Positions 8,170-17,467 of a stretch of DNA of 53,238 bases are shown here, in pieces (the first letter of the stretch is position 1; every line of letters begins with the position of its first letter). The notes under the pieces are model-generated. The model ran no database searches. It was not told the DNA's origin and saw nothing but the letters and a program-made list of their open reading frames with translations. Source of the DNA: a virus (lineage: Duplodnaviria; Caudoviricetes); the IMG/VR virus record IMGVR_UViG_3300048009_000062, positions 1 to 53,238 of that record, one strand, 5' to 3'. The position numbers were made by a program, and so were the translations under genes.

Positions 8170-10160
8170 TGGGATTATGGTCAAGCACATTTGGTGGAGG
8201 AAATTCTCTACAACAGTCGATAGCTAATGTTACTACAACTGATGATGATACAGAATATCAGGGGGGTACTCTAGTAAGTACCACAACAGGACAAGCTGTA
8301 GATGATAGTGATGCTGTTGTTGGAAACGATGGAGTAATCGATGGAAATGCTGAACCCCCAGAAATTACAACGGGGGGAGGTTCTGGATCTGGGGCCGTCA
8401 CAGAAGAGACAGGTATAGATGTATCCGAAGTACCAGAAGTCGATATTGTAGAGCAAGTCTTAGAGTGGGCCGAAAAGACAGGAAGTCTTAAAGCACAGGA
8501 AGATAGAGATGCTATATTAGCAGACCCTAAGAAGTGGATGGAAAGCAAAGGGTTCACTTTAGAAGATGCTGTTCCTACACTTGATGCAGATGCTGAAGGT
8601 ACAGCAATTGATATGGGTGAGGCTAGAAGTGATGATCCAGTAGACCTTGATGTATCTACAGTAGATAAAACCGCATTAGCAGATCAAATAGATAAAGTTG
8701 AAGTTACAGACTATTCTGTAAAATCTAATACTAGCTCCCTTACTGATGATATGATGGTAGATGCTGCTACAAAAACCATGAGTAAGGAAGGATTAGTAAA
8801 TCCAAATGAAATACAGATAGATATAGAAGCGGTTGCTGCAGGAGAGAATGCAGTAGGTAGAGCCGTTAATGATTGGGCTTCAATAGATTTCACTAACATT
8901 ATTGACACTACTACTCCTTCAGGTAGAGAATTAGCCCGACAGCTAGGAGAAGGTAACTATTTAGATAAGAGAGCTACTACTGCAGGGCAGATAGAAATAA
9001 TCTCTAGACAATTTATAAATGATAAAGGTCAATATGTAACTCCTGTGTGGGCTAGGCCTATGGTTAAAAGTGCTGCAGGAGCCTTAAACATCACTGGTGC
9101 TGCAGCCGAAGCTGCCATAGCACAGGCCATGATGCAGTCGGTTATTCAGGTTGCGGATAAAGATGCAAAATTCTTTCAAACATTAACTACTACTAATTTA
9201 GACAACAAACAGAAATCTATCATTAACAAAGCTACTATATTAGCAAATATGGAGACTTCTAATCTTAATGCTAGACAGACAGCCTTAGTTACAAACGCTC
9301 AGAACTTCTTGAAGCTAGATATAGCTAATTTAACAAATACTCAACAGGCAGAGATTGTAAATAAACAGGCTAGGATAGAAGCTCTGTTTACTGACACTGC
9401 AGCTATGAATGCACAACGGATATTTGGTGCAGAGAATGCAAACGATTTTGCCAAGTTCTTTGGTAACCTAAATGCCCAAATAGACTTACAGAACAACTCA
9501 GAGATAAATGCGCTCAAGAAGTTCAATTCTGGAGAAATAAACGATGCTGCCCAATTTGTTTTGGATATAAGAAATAGCAGAGATCAATTTTTAGACCAAC
9601 TTCAATATAACTACTCCCAGTTTAATGCTAAATGGAGACAGGATGTTACCCTAGAGCAATTTAAGACTGATTGGGATGCTACAACTACAGATGTTAAAAA
9701 CGGCCTAGATCTAACTAGTGAGCAAATGACAGGGACATGGGACCATGTAGATTCCTTGTTAGATTATGTATTTAAGTATTCTCAAAACGAAAATGAGGCT
9801 ATTAAAGATTTAACCATTGCTCAAATACAGGCTCAAGCAGGTAGGAAAAAAGGTGGTGGTTTTCTAGGAGGTCTTTTCTCTCTAGCAGGTTCTTTCTTGA
9901 GTACAGAAGCAGGAGTTAAATTTATTACAGGAATGAGTGATGCACGTTTTAAAAATAATATCCAGAAGTATAATACCATAAATGGTGTAGGTTTATACAA
10001 ATGGGATTGGTCAGAAGAGGCCAAAAAGTATGGGGCAGACAAATTACCTTCGTATGGAGTTGTGGCTCAAGAACTTTATAAAACTCACCCTGAAGCTGTA
10101 TTTGAAAAGAATGGATACCTTCACGTTAACTATGAGGTAGTTAGAGATGCAATTCGATGA
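8169..10160 (+). CDS. Internal virion protein with C-terminal peptidase S74/intramolecular chaperone domain
   Basis: Asn/Gln/Ala helical body, Gly-rich hydrophobic segment, then SDARFKNNI...LYKWDW...GVVAQEL...PEAV...VNY. Confidence 0.7.
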   Translation: MGLWSSTFGGGNSLQQSIANVTTTDDDTEYQGGTLVSTTTGQAVDDSDAVVGNDGVIDGNAEPPEITTGGGSGSGAVTEETGIDVSEVPEVDIVEQVLEWAEKTGSLKAQEDRDAILADPKKWMESKGFTLEDAVPTLDADAEGTAIDMGEARSDDPVDLDVSTVDKTALADQIDKVEVTDYSVKSNTSSLTDDMMVDAATKTMSKEGLVNPNEIQIDIEAVAAGENAVGRAVNDWASIDFTNIIDTTTPSGRELARQLGEGNYLDKRATTAGQIEIISRQFINDKGQYVTPVWARPMVKSAAGALNITGAAAEAAIAQAMMQSVIQVADKDAKFFQTLTTTNLDNKQKSIINKATILANMETSNLNARQTALVTNAQNFLKLDIANLTNTQQAEIVNKQARIEALFTDTAAMNAQRIFGAENANDFAKFFGNLNAQIDLQNNSEINALKKFNSGEINDAAQFVLDIRNSRDQFLDQLQYNYSQFNAKWRQDVTLEQFKTDWDATTTDVKNGLDLTSEQMTGTWDHVDSLLDYVFKYSQNENEAIKDLTIAQIQAQAGRKKGGGFLGGLFSLAGSFLSTEAGVKFITGMSDARFKNNIQKYNTINGVGLYKWDWSEEAKKYGADKLPSYGVVAQELYKTHPEAVFEKNGYLHVNYEVVRDAIR

Positions 10161-10344
10161 AGCAGTATTACTCTCCATAAAGAAATTTAAAGAGGGGAAA
10201 ATGTTAAATAAAACCTCAGAGATAAAGGATGGCGAAGTCTATTACACGCCTGAATATTTTGATGGGTTGCAACAGGCCCTAAATAGTGATGCAGAAGTAG
10301 AAGAGAAAGAGTTGGATCAAGATGGTAATACCACAGAAGTTTGA
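10147..10344 (+). CDS. Hypothetical protein
   Basis: Overlapping ORF in operon, GAGG upstream. Confidence 0.6.
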   Translation: MQFDEAVLLSIKKFKEGKMLNKTSEIKDGEVYYTPEYFDGLQQALNSDAEVEEKELDQDGNTTEV

Positions 10345-10891
10345 AGCTCCAATTCCGGGCGAAAACCTAACATCAGATAACCGAAACTACCCTTGGCATA
10401 GGCCCCCAGATATTACGGACTATGACGAAGCAGTAGAAAATATGATCAGCAAGATCTCTGAGCCAGAAGACTTAGAGACTATCTATGCGTTGATGGATGT
10501 AGGTGCTGATGTAGTTACTATTACTACAGTTTTATTACTTACATCAATTAAACAAGGTAAAATGGGGGTAGACTTAGCTATTCAGGTAGCAGGTCCTGTA
10601 TCCAGATACCTAGAGATAAAAGCTGAAAATGCCAGTGTAGAATATGAGATGGGGCTAGAAGATAAAGATCGACAGCCTCTGACTGCTACGGAGTTACAGA
10701 AACTTCTTCTAATTGCTGAAGAAGAGGGAATTGCTGATATAATACCTGCCCCCCCAGAAGATCCAGTAGAGGAAGAGATGGCAGAAGGTGAAGGCCTTAT
10801 GTCTATCCCAGAAGAAGCAAGTCCTGAAGAACAAGCAAGTATGCTAGGGGATATGCCTGAAGAAGAACCTATTGAGGAAGAGATTGTATAA
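10322..10891 (+). CDS. Conserved virion-module protein
   Basis: APIPGENLT...YPWHRPP motif; acidic C-terminus; coupled to neighbours. Confidence 0.6.
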   Translation: MVIPQKFEAPIPGENLTSDNRNYPWHRPPDITDYDEAVENMISKISEPEDLETIYALMDVGADVVTITTVLLLTSIKQGKMGVDLAIQVAGPVSRYLEIKAENASVEYEMGLEDKDRQPLTATELQKLLLIAEEEGIADIIPAPPEDPVEEEMAEGEGLMSIPEEASPEEQASMLGDMPEEEPIEEEIV

Positions 10892-13518
10892 TGTCTGCAC
10901 GTTTTAATTTTGCTATAGCCGAAGCTCAAGAAAAAATCCAAGATGAAGCATTTATGGATAAGATGGGAATTGGAGAGTACATGACCGTCCTAGCCTCTGG
11001 ACTTAAAGAGGGGCTTCAAGAAAAAGAACGTAATGATTTTGAACGCGAAAAGCTAAAGAAGGCAGAGGATGCGGCACTTCGTAAAAAACAAGAGGCGGCT
11101 GATAAACTAGCTAAAGAAATAGACAGTACAGTTAACTTAGTTTTAGAGACAAACGGCCTAAATACATCTCTTGCTCCAAAGCTTACGCAAATTCTTAAAA
11201 ATAATGGTTCAGCAAATGCTAGTCTTGCTCAGGGGTATATAGATAGCATTGATAACATTAATGAGTTTACATTAAATGCTCCTACGAGTGTTGATGATCA
11301 GATGAACATGATTATTCCAGCCCCTGTGTTTAAAAATCCTAACCTTAAAAACATTTCAGGAATGGATTTAGGACAGGTTATATCTGAACTTAGTAAGATA
11401 ACTAAGCAAAGTAATCCAGAAAAGTATGCTGCCCTTGTAGATAGACAGGCAACCCTACAGTCAGGTCAAGGTACTTATAGCGATGATACCTTTTTAAATA
11501 AACTTACTAGAGAAAATATTGGTGATGCAGAAATTATGCTTGATGGTTTGCTTAAAACTAAACAAATAGATCAAGATATGGTGCAATATAACAGGATACT
11601 TTCAAGGGTTAACCAACTAAGAAGACAAGATGATTATAGAGATTTAAGTAAAGGTGATCCATTTAAAAATAAAGATGGTTTCTTTAAAGATAAAAAAGAA
11701 ATTGAGCTAATGGTTAACGATCAGGCAAATATGGCAAAGTTAACTCAGACTCAGAAGAATAGAGGGAAAGGTTTAATATCTCCTCCTTCAGAGAAGAAGT
11801 CTGTAGAAGAATTATCTGTAACCCAAGTTATATCAGAAAGACAACTTCTAAAAGAACAGGGAGAGAAAACTGATTTAGAAAACCTTAGACTTGTTGCTTT
11901 AAATAGTACATATGATGCCTTAGTTGCTGCAGGTAAAATTAATCCTAAAGAAGAAGAAGTTTTTGATGTAGTAGCTCACGTTGCAGGAATGGACGCAAAC
12001 GAACAGAGAAACACTTTAGTTCTTCTAAAAGACAAACAAAGACTAGGTACGCTAGAACCTACTGAACAACAAACTTTAGCTAAACTTCAGTTCTTAGATA
12101 ACGTAGATGGGGAATTTACCACTCTTGATAAACGTGTATTTAAAGACTACAGCTATAACGACTCAGATAAAGCTACCCTAGAGGTTACTATAGAAAATGT
12201 ACAAGAAAGATTAGCGAATTATATAAAAGATAAATCAGGTCTGTCTTCTGATAGATTTGAAACGTACACAAATGAACTTGTAAGATTGAAGATGATAAAA
12301 GATTCATTTGATCTTCAGGATAAAGTTAAAGAAAACAATGTTTCTGTAGAGCTAACTAAAGATTTTACTACTATAGAATTTACAGGTGATCCAGAAGGTA
12401 GCACAACTCTTGTTAGACTTACTAAAGCAGGAAACTTCTATGTAGTATCTGGTACAAGAAAAGGACAAATAGTTGACAGAGCTACAGGAGATTACAAGCC
12501 AGATAGTGTAGGCCCTCTTGTTGGAAATTCAGTAGAAGCTACTTCAAAGTTGGCTAACAGAAATGATGATTTCTTTCAAAAACTTAATGATAAGAAAAAT
12601 GATGCATCAAAACTTATCCAGAGTTCTTATGAACTTCTAGAGTTTGTACGTCAAAATGAAGGAGTTCTAACCATTGGTAAAATGGCAAGTTTTGCTGAAA
12701 GAATAATGAAAGGAACAGAACAGTTCTTTGAAGTAATGAAAAATACACAAATGTCTTATTCTGAGGCACAGATAATAGAAAAAGTAAAAGCATCTGCTAT
12801 GGCTGAGTTTGAAGCAGCCAATAGCAGTAAAGCTAATTACTCTCAGTTAGCAGGTGTGTATGATCAATGGATATCTCTATCTCTAAGACACGCATTTCAG
12901 TTTGCTAAACTCCAACTAGGAAGTTCTGGACAAGCATTGTCTAACATGGACTTTAAAAATACCTTAACTATTAACAATACAGGTTCTACCTATGACGTAT
13001 ATGGTGCAAACATTTTAAGACAAACTGAAAAACTACTAACCTCTGAAAGTTTAGCATTTGATAATAGTCTAAATTCAGATATGGAACATAAGATTGGTCT
13101 TAGGGACCCTCTCTATAAAGAGGTTTTTGAGGAAACTGGGATAGTAGTGGGTGGTTTAGATGCGTTTGTTAAAACAAATAATCCAGACGCATACAAAGTT
13201 GTTCAAGATTTTAAAACGGATGGTACACTTCCCCCTAAAGGCTCTACTACAGTAGTAAGCCAATCTAGTGCAACTCCTGCAGACTTAAATGAAATAGCAA
13301 ATGCTCAGGTGGCAGTGGATTATATGAACTCTATAAACCCTAATAACGAATATGGTAAATTTATGCAGGGAAACCCTGATGAAGCTAAAATAAATACAAT
13401 GGCCCTTGCTTTAGCAGTAAAGGCATATAAAGTTGGAACCCCAACAGCCGAAATGATTAGTCACGCAAAAGGGTGGCTTACGGCTCTAGCCCCTAAACAA
13501 CCTACGTCTAACAATTAG
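10891..13518 (+). CDS. Large internal virion protein
   Basis: 875 aa helical ORF in the ejection-protein position. Confidence 0.55.
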   Translation: MSARFNFAIAEAQEKIQDEAFMDKMGIGEYMTVLASGLKEGLQEKERNDFEREKLKKAEDAALRKKQEAADKLAKEIDSTVNLVLETNGLNTSLAPKLTQILKNNGSANASLAQGYIDSIDNINEFTLNAPTSVDDQMNMIIPAPVFKNPNLKNISGMDLGQVISELSKITKQSNPEKYAALVDRQATLQSGQGTYSDDTFLNKLTRENIGDAEIMLDGLLKTKQIDQDMVQYNRILSRVNQLRRQDDYRDLSKGDPFKNKDGFFKDKKEIELMVNDQANMAKLTQTQKNRGKGLISPPSEKKSVEELSVTQVISERQLLKEQGEKTDLENLRLVALNSTYDALVAAGKINPKEEEVFDVVAHVAGMDANEQRNTLVLLKDKQRLGTLEPTEQQTLAKLQFLDNVDGEFTTLDKRVFKDYSYNDSDKATLEVTIENVQERLANYIKDKSGLSSDRFETYTNELVRLKMIKDSFDLQDKVKENNVSVELTKDFTTIEFTGDPEGSTTLVRLTKAGNFYVVSGTRKGQIVDRATGDYKPDSVGPLVGNSVEATSKLANRNDDFFQKLNDKKNDASKLIQSSYELLEFVRQNEGVLTIGKMASFAERIMKGTEQFFEVMKNTQMSYSEAQIIEKVKASAMAEFEAANSSKANYSQLAGVYDQWISLSLRHAFQFAKLQLGSSGQALSNMDFKNTLTINNTGSTYDVYGANILRQTEKLLTSESLAFDNSLNSDMEHKIGLRDPLYKEVFEETGIVVGGLDAFVKTNNPDAYKVVQDFKTDGTLPPKGSTTVVSQSSATPADLNEIANAQVAVDYMNSINPNNEYGKFMQGNPDEAKINTMALALAVKAYKVGTPTAEMISHAKGWLTALAPKQPTSNN

Positions 13519-13526
13519 GAATACCT

Positions 13527-16500
13527 ATGGAAAATCAATATGGCCTAACTCCTGAAACGGCCCAAATGTACATAGATAACCCTTGGGCGAATAATGAAAA
13601 TATTCCTCAAGAGGAACTAGAAGCTATTGCTAATCCTGTTACTAGCCCCTCCATTAATCAAGAGGAAGAAGATGCAGATAAGGTACTTCAAGATTTAGGT
13701 CTACCTACTACTCCTCGTGTGGAGTTTAATGAGACTACTCAGGAACGACAAGAAGCTGTTCAAAGTGGAGATGATCTAACCCCAGAAGCTATCTTTGGTG
13801 AAAAACCGGGGGGTACATTCAAGGAGATAGCAAATAACTGGATAGACAGATTAACTGTATTTACCACTGAAAAATTTGATGAGTATAAGGGTTCAAACCT
13901 TGCAAATGAGAATCTAAGTGTACAACGAGCAAAAGCAGATTCCGAAACTTATGATGCTGAAGTAGCAGAATACATGACGGAAGCACAGGAGATTTATGAT
14001 AACTTCGGTACTCCTGAGATAGTTGATGGAAACCCTACTGGTAGACGTATCTATGAAAGGGTGACTAATGATCCTGAAACTGGAAAGATCCTTGTTGAAA
14101 ATGTAGTTGTGCCTAAACCTGAAGAGATGGGACCTGATTTTTTCAATAGAGTTTTTAGAGAAGGGTTTTTAGATTTTAGAAAAGATTTATCAGGTGCTAT
14201 GCAACTTGACTTTTCTGATGATACAGGAAAGTTTGAGTTAGGAACTGCAGAAGAAGACAAAGACTTTATTCAAAGCAATCCTACTATGGAGTTAACTTCA
14301 GGTGAGCAATTACTTGCAGACGTACTTACACTGGCTCCAGTAACAGGTGGTTCTTCTACTATTACTAGAGGTGGCCTAAATCTTCTCAAGATGGCTACTA
14401 GATTAGATAAATCAGCTAGGGTAGGTGGACTAGGAAGATTTGGTAGTACAGTTATTGGGGCATCTTTAGCAGACACTCTCATAGCCAGTGAAGGACAATC
14501 AGGAATATTCCTAGATGATAAAATTCAAGATTGGGCAAAAGCTGCAGGATATGATTGGTCAGCCTCTACCTCTAGAGATGTAGGGTTACTATTAGAAGGT
14601 TTGCTTTTAAATGGTGCGCTTGATGGACTACTAACTGTAGCAGCCCCTGCCTTAATAAATTTTGGTGGGTTGAAAGCAGGAGATACAACTAAACTTAGCG
14701 CACAACAGATGGTAAAGTCTGTTAAAGATGGGCAGGTGTTAAACGTAGTTAATTTCCTTGATCCTGAAATATTAAAATCTAATGGAAAAGCTAAGAACAG
14801 AAAACTTATTAAATTATCAGAAGTTCTTAGAGCTAATTCTGTAGAAACAATTACCATAGGAAATTTTGCTAAAGACATTGATGTAACTACCACTATAGCT
14901 CTAGCCTCTGGTGCGGAAGCCTACATTAGAGAAACTCGCCAAAACTTAAAAAATACTTTTACTAAAGTAGAAGGCAGAAACAGAAATGTATTTGATGAAG
15001 AAGCATGGGAAGCCTATGTAGAAAAAGAAGCTAATGAGATGTTTGCTAGAATGGTAGCTCTTATGAAGGCTAACTCAGGTGATCCTAGACTGACGGGACT
15101 TGATGATGCCGTTATTATGCAAACGGGAGAAGCCTTTAAACAAGCTGCAGACCAAATACAGACTAAAGAGGCTTCTCAAGTTCTAACAGACAGACTAGTT
15201 GTAGGGTATAAAGAAGAAGTAGATAAACTACTAGAGAAAGCAAATATAAAACAAATTGAGATAGACGAGGTAAAACTAGCTAAACAAAATATATTACAAG
15301 ATAGCGAAGAATACCTAACAGTTGTTGATGAGTTATATCCTTTTGGTGATATGACAGATCAGACAGTCTCTAGGTTTGCAAACAATGTTTTATTCCCTGA
15401 GTTTGTAAAGGCTAAACAGGCCTATCAAAATGCTTTTGACGCAGTACCAAATACACCAATTGGTCAGGACGCTGCAGAAGCTCTTATGAAAATTTTTAAA
15501 GATGCTGTTGAAAATAGCCTTCCTGCAGACAAAGTGGTAAACACTAATCGGGCTAAACAAGCGGTAAAATCAAAACTAATAGGAATATTTAACAAATTAA
15601 GTCCACAGCCTATTGGTGGTACAGAAAATACTGGACTTGTGTTTGAACAAGAAGCCACGTTTAAAGAAATTACAGATAGAGTTTCTCAACTAGGTTTTGC
15701 TGATCTATGGACTTTAAAACCAGTAATTGCCCGTCTAAAAAATACTGGTCCTGAAGATGAACGAGCAATTCTTATTGAATTAGGTAAACATCTTAATGGC
15801 AATGTAAACGAAAAGGGAGAGGCAGTAGGACAGATAGGCTATGCCATGTTGTCAGAAAATTCAGCAACTGCAGAGGCTGCAATAAAAGCACAACAGCTAT
15901 GGCAAGATTTTGATAACAGGTTCCGTGACTCAGAATTTATTAAGCCTGTAACAAAAGCTTTAGAGGATAGATTGGCAAAGAAATTAGCTTTTGCTCCATC
16001 CACCGTCAAAGCGGCTGATCTAGGTACTGCAGATGTAGAAGTAGCTTTATCAAATGCTATCGACACGGCTCTAGGAGCTTCATTTAAAAGTGGTACTCTT
16101 CAGAGAGAGCTATCTGAAGCGGTAGGGGATTCTGCCATAGATGGGGCAACCGAAACTTCTCTTTTATTTAGAACAAAGATTATTAAAGATGTCGTAAACA
16201 GTCTGTCTCCATTTGTAGATCAGGGACTTACCCCACTACAGATTAGACAAGTCTTGCAAGAGCCTATAGCTAACTTACGGGCCTCTGGAAGTAATGATGC
16301 TGCAGATCAATTACAGGCCTTGATAACCAGAATAGAAAATAAAACTGTTGAGCTAGGAGACTTAAATCTTAGTCTAACAGATGAGTTAAATGCCGCCAAC
16401 GATGCAATAGAGGCAAAGAAAAATAGTGTAATACAATCACTTCTGTCTAAATTTAAAGATAGTGACAACTTAGAGATGGCAACGGAAGGACCTGCTACTT

Positions 16501-17294
16501 CAATAAATTTACAGAGTATTTTGATAAATACAGATACTAATAATACTAAGCAACTTCTTGCTGAAATAGATAAACTTCCTACTGAAGCTGAAAAGTTGTT
16601 AGCAAAACAAGTTTTACAGGCTGAAGCATTAGATTTAATAGGGGGTAGAATATTTGGAGCCAGTACCATTGGTACTCAAAATATGAAACCCATATCTAGG
16701 GTAAACCAAGGACAGTTAGCAAAGCTCAGTAATGAAGAGGCTACAGGTCTTCTAACTAGCTTAGATTTAATCTTTGATGGACAGTCAGGTCTTGAGGATG
16801 TAAGAGAAGGGGTAGTTAGAACACTAGCCATTTTACAGAGACAATCTATGGGGACTTTTTCTAGAGGTGTGTCTGTAGGATCAAATACGTCACTGTTAAC
16901 AGATCAGGCTAGAAGAACTTCAGACGCTGTATCTACAGGTATTCTTCTTGTAGCAGGATACATGAACCCGACTGCAGCATTTCTCCGTAGGCTAAGTTCT
17001 ATCCCTCTAAAAGAGTTAGCTGAGTTAGAGAAAGAAGTAGCTGCAGATGCTTTAGCAGTAATATTAGCCCAACCAGAAGAGTTTGCTACCTTAATAGACA
17101 GACTTAGAAAAAATCAGAATATTCAGGCTATTAAAGGGGCAGCTAGACAGACAGTTAATGCGGCATACCAAGGCGGTAAGTACAACATATTTATAAGAGA
17201 AGAAGAGCCTACTGATGAAGAAATTGGTTTTATCCAACAATTTGTAGGTAGGGACCTATCAGAGGGTATAGGTGCAATATTTGGGGCTAAATAA
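13527..17294 (+). CDS. Largest internal virion protein
   Basis: 1255 aa helical ORF ending the + strand late operon. Confidence 0.55.
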   Translation: MENQYGLTPETAQMYIDNPWANNENIPQEELEAIANPVTSPSINQEEEDADKVLQDLGLPTTPRVEFNETTQERQEAVQSGDDLTPEAIFGEKPGGTFKEIANNWIDRLTVFTTEKFDEYKGSNLANENLSVQRAKADSETYDAEVAEYMTEAQEIYDNFGTPEIVDGNPTGRRIYERVTNDPETGKILVENVVVPKPEEMGPDFFNRVFREGFLDFRKDLSGAMQLDFSDDTGKFELGTAEEDKDFIQSNPTMELTSGEQLLADVLTLAPVTGGSSTITRGGLNLLKMATRLDKSARVGGLGRFGSTVIGASLADTLIASEGQSGIFLDDKIQDWAKAAGYDWSASTSRDVGLLLEGLLLNGALDGLLTVAAPALINFGGLKAGDTTKLSAQQMVKSVKDGQVLNVVNFLDPEILKSNGKAKNRKLIKLSEVLRANSVETITIGNFAKDIDVTTTIALASGAEAYIRETRQNLKNTFTKVEGRNRNVFDEEAWEAYVEKEANEMFARMVALMKANSGDPRLTGLDDAVIMQTGEAFKQAADQIQTKEASQVLTDRLVVGYKEEVDKLLEKANIKQIEIDEVKLAKQNILQDSEEYLTVVDELYPFGDMTDQTVSRFANNVLFPEFVKAKQAYQNAFDAVPNTPIGQDAAEALMKIFKDAVENSLPADKVVNTNRAKQAVKSKLIGIFNKLSPQPIGGTENTGLVFEQEATFKEITDRVSQLGFADLWTLKPVIARLKNTGPEDERAILIELGKHLNGNVNEKGEAVGQIGYAMLSENSATAEAAIKAQQLWQDFDNRFRDSEFIKPVTKALEDRLAKKLAFAPSTVKAADLGTADVEVALSNAIDTALGASFKSGTLQRELSEAVGDSAIDGATETSLLFRTKIIKDVVNSLSPFVDQGLTPLQIRQVLQEPIANLRASGSNDAADQLQALITRIENKTVELGDLNLSLTDELNAANDAIEAKKNSVIQSLLSKFKDSDNLEMATEGPATSINLQSILINTDTNNTKQLLAEIDKLPTEAEKLLAKQVLQAEALDLIGGRIFGASTIGTQNMKPISRVNQGQLAKLSNEEATGLLTSLDLIFDGQSGLEDVREGVVRTLAILQRQSMGTFSRGVSVGSNTSLLTDQARRTSDAVSTGILLVAGYMNPTAAFLRRLSSIPLKELAELEKEVAADALAVILAQPEEFATLIDRLRKNQNIQAIKGAARQTVNAAYQGGKYNIFIREEEPTDEEIGFIQQFVGRDLSEGIGAIFGAK

Positions 17295-17338
17295 ATAAAA
17301 CCCCCACATTGCCTCAAGCATAAAACAGTGTGGGGGCT
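17291..17338 (-). terminator. Rho-independent terminator (- strand)
   Basis: CCCCCACA...TGTGGGGG stem followed on - strand by TTTTATTTATTT. Confidence 0.65.
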
Positions 17339-17404
17339 TCAACCAACTAAGTGCCACTTCCCCATACCCGTGTTTGAGGTTGTGACGAGGTGACCAAACC
17401 TCAT
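17295..17404 (-). ncRNA. Candidate small RNA (or leaderless 18-aa peptide transcript)
   Basis: Own promoter (17411-17439), 5' hairpin UGAGGUU/AACCUCA with loop UGGUCACCUCGUCAC, ends at terminator. Confidence 0.45.
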
Positions 17405-17410
17405 GCAAAC

Positions 17411-17439
17411 AATATATAGTAGACTGCCCCCACCGTCAA
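17411..17439 (-). promoter_or_regulatory. sigma70-type promoter for candidate sRNA
   Basis: TTGACG-17-TATATT on - strand. Confidence 0.6.
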
Positions 17440-17460
17440 CCGATAGTGGGGGTTTTTCTT
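17426..17460 (+). terminator. Rho-independent terminator (+ strand)
   Basis: CCCCCAC...GTGGGGG stem followed by TTTTTCTT. Confidence 0.7.
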
Positions 17461-17467
17461 TAAAAAC

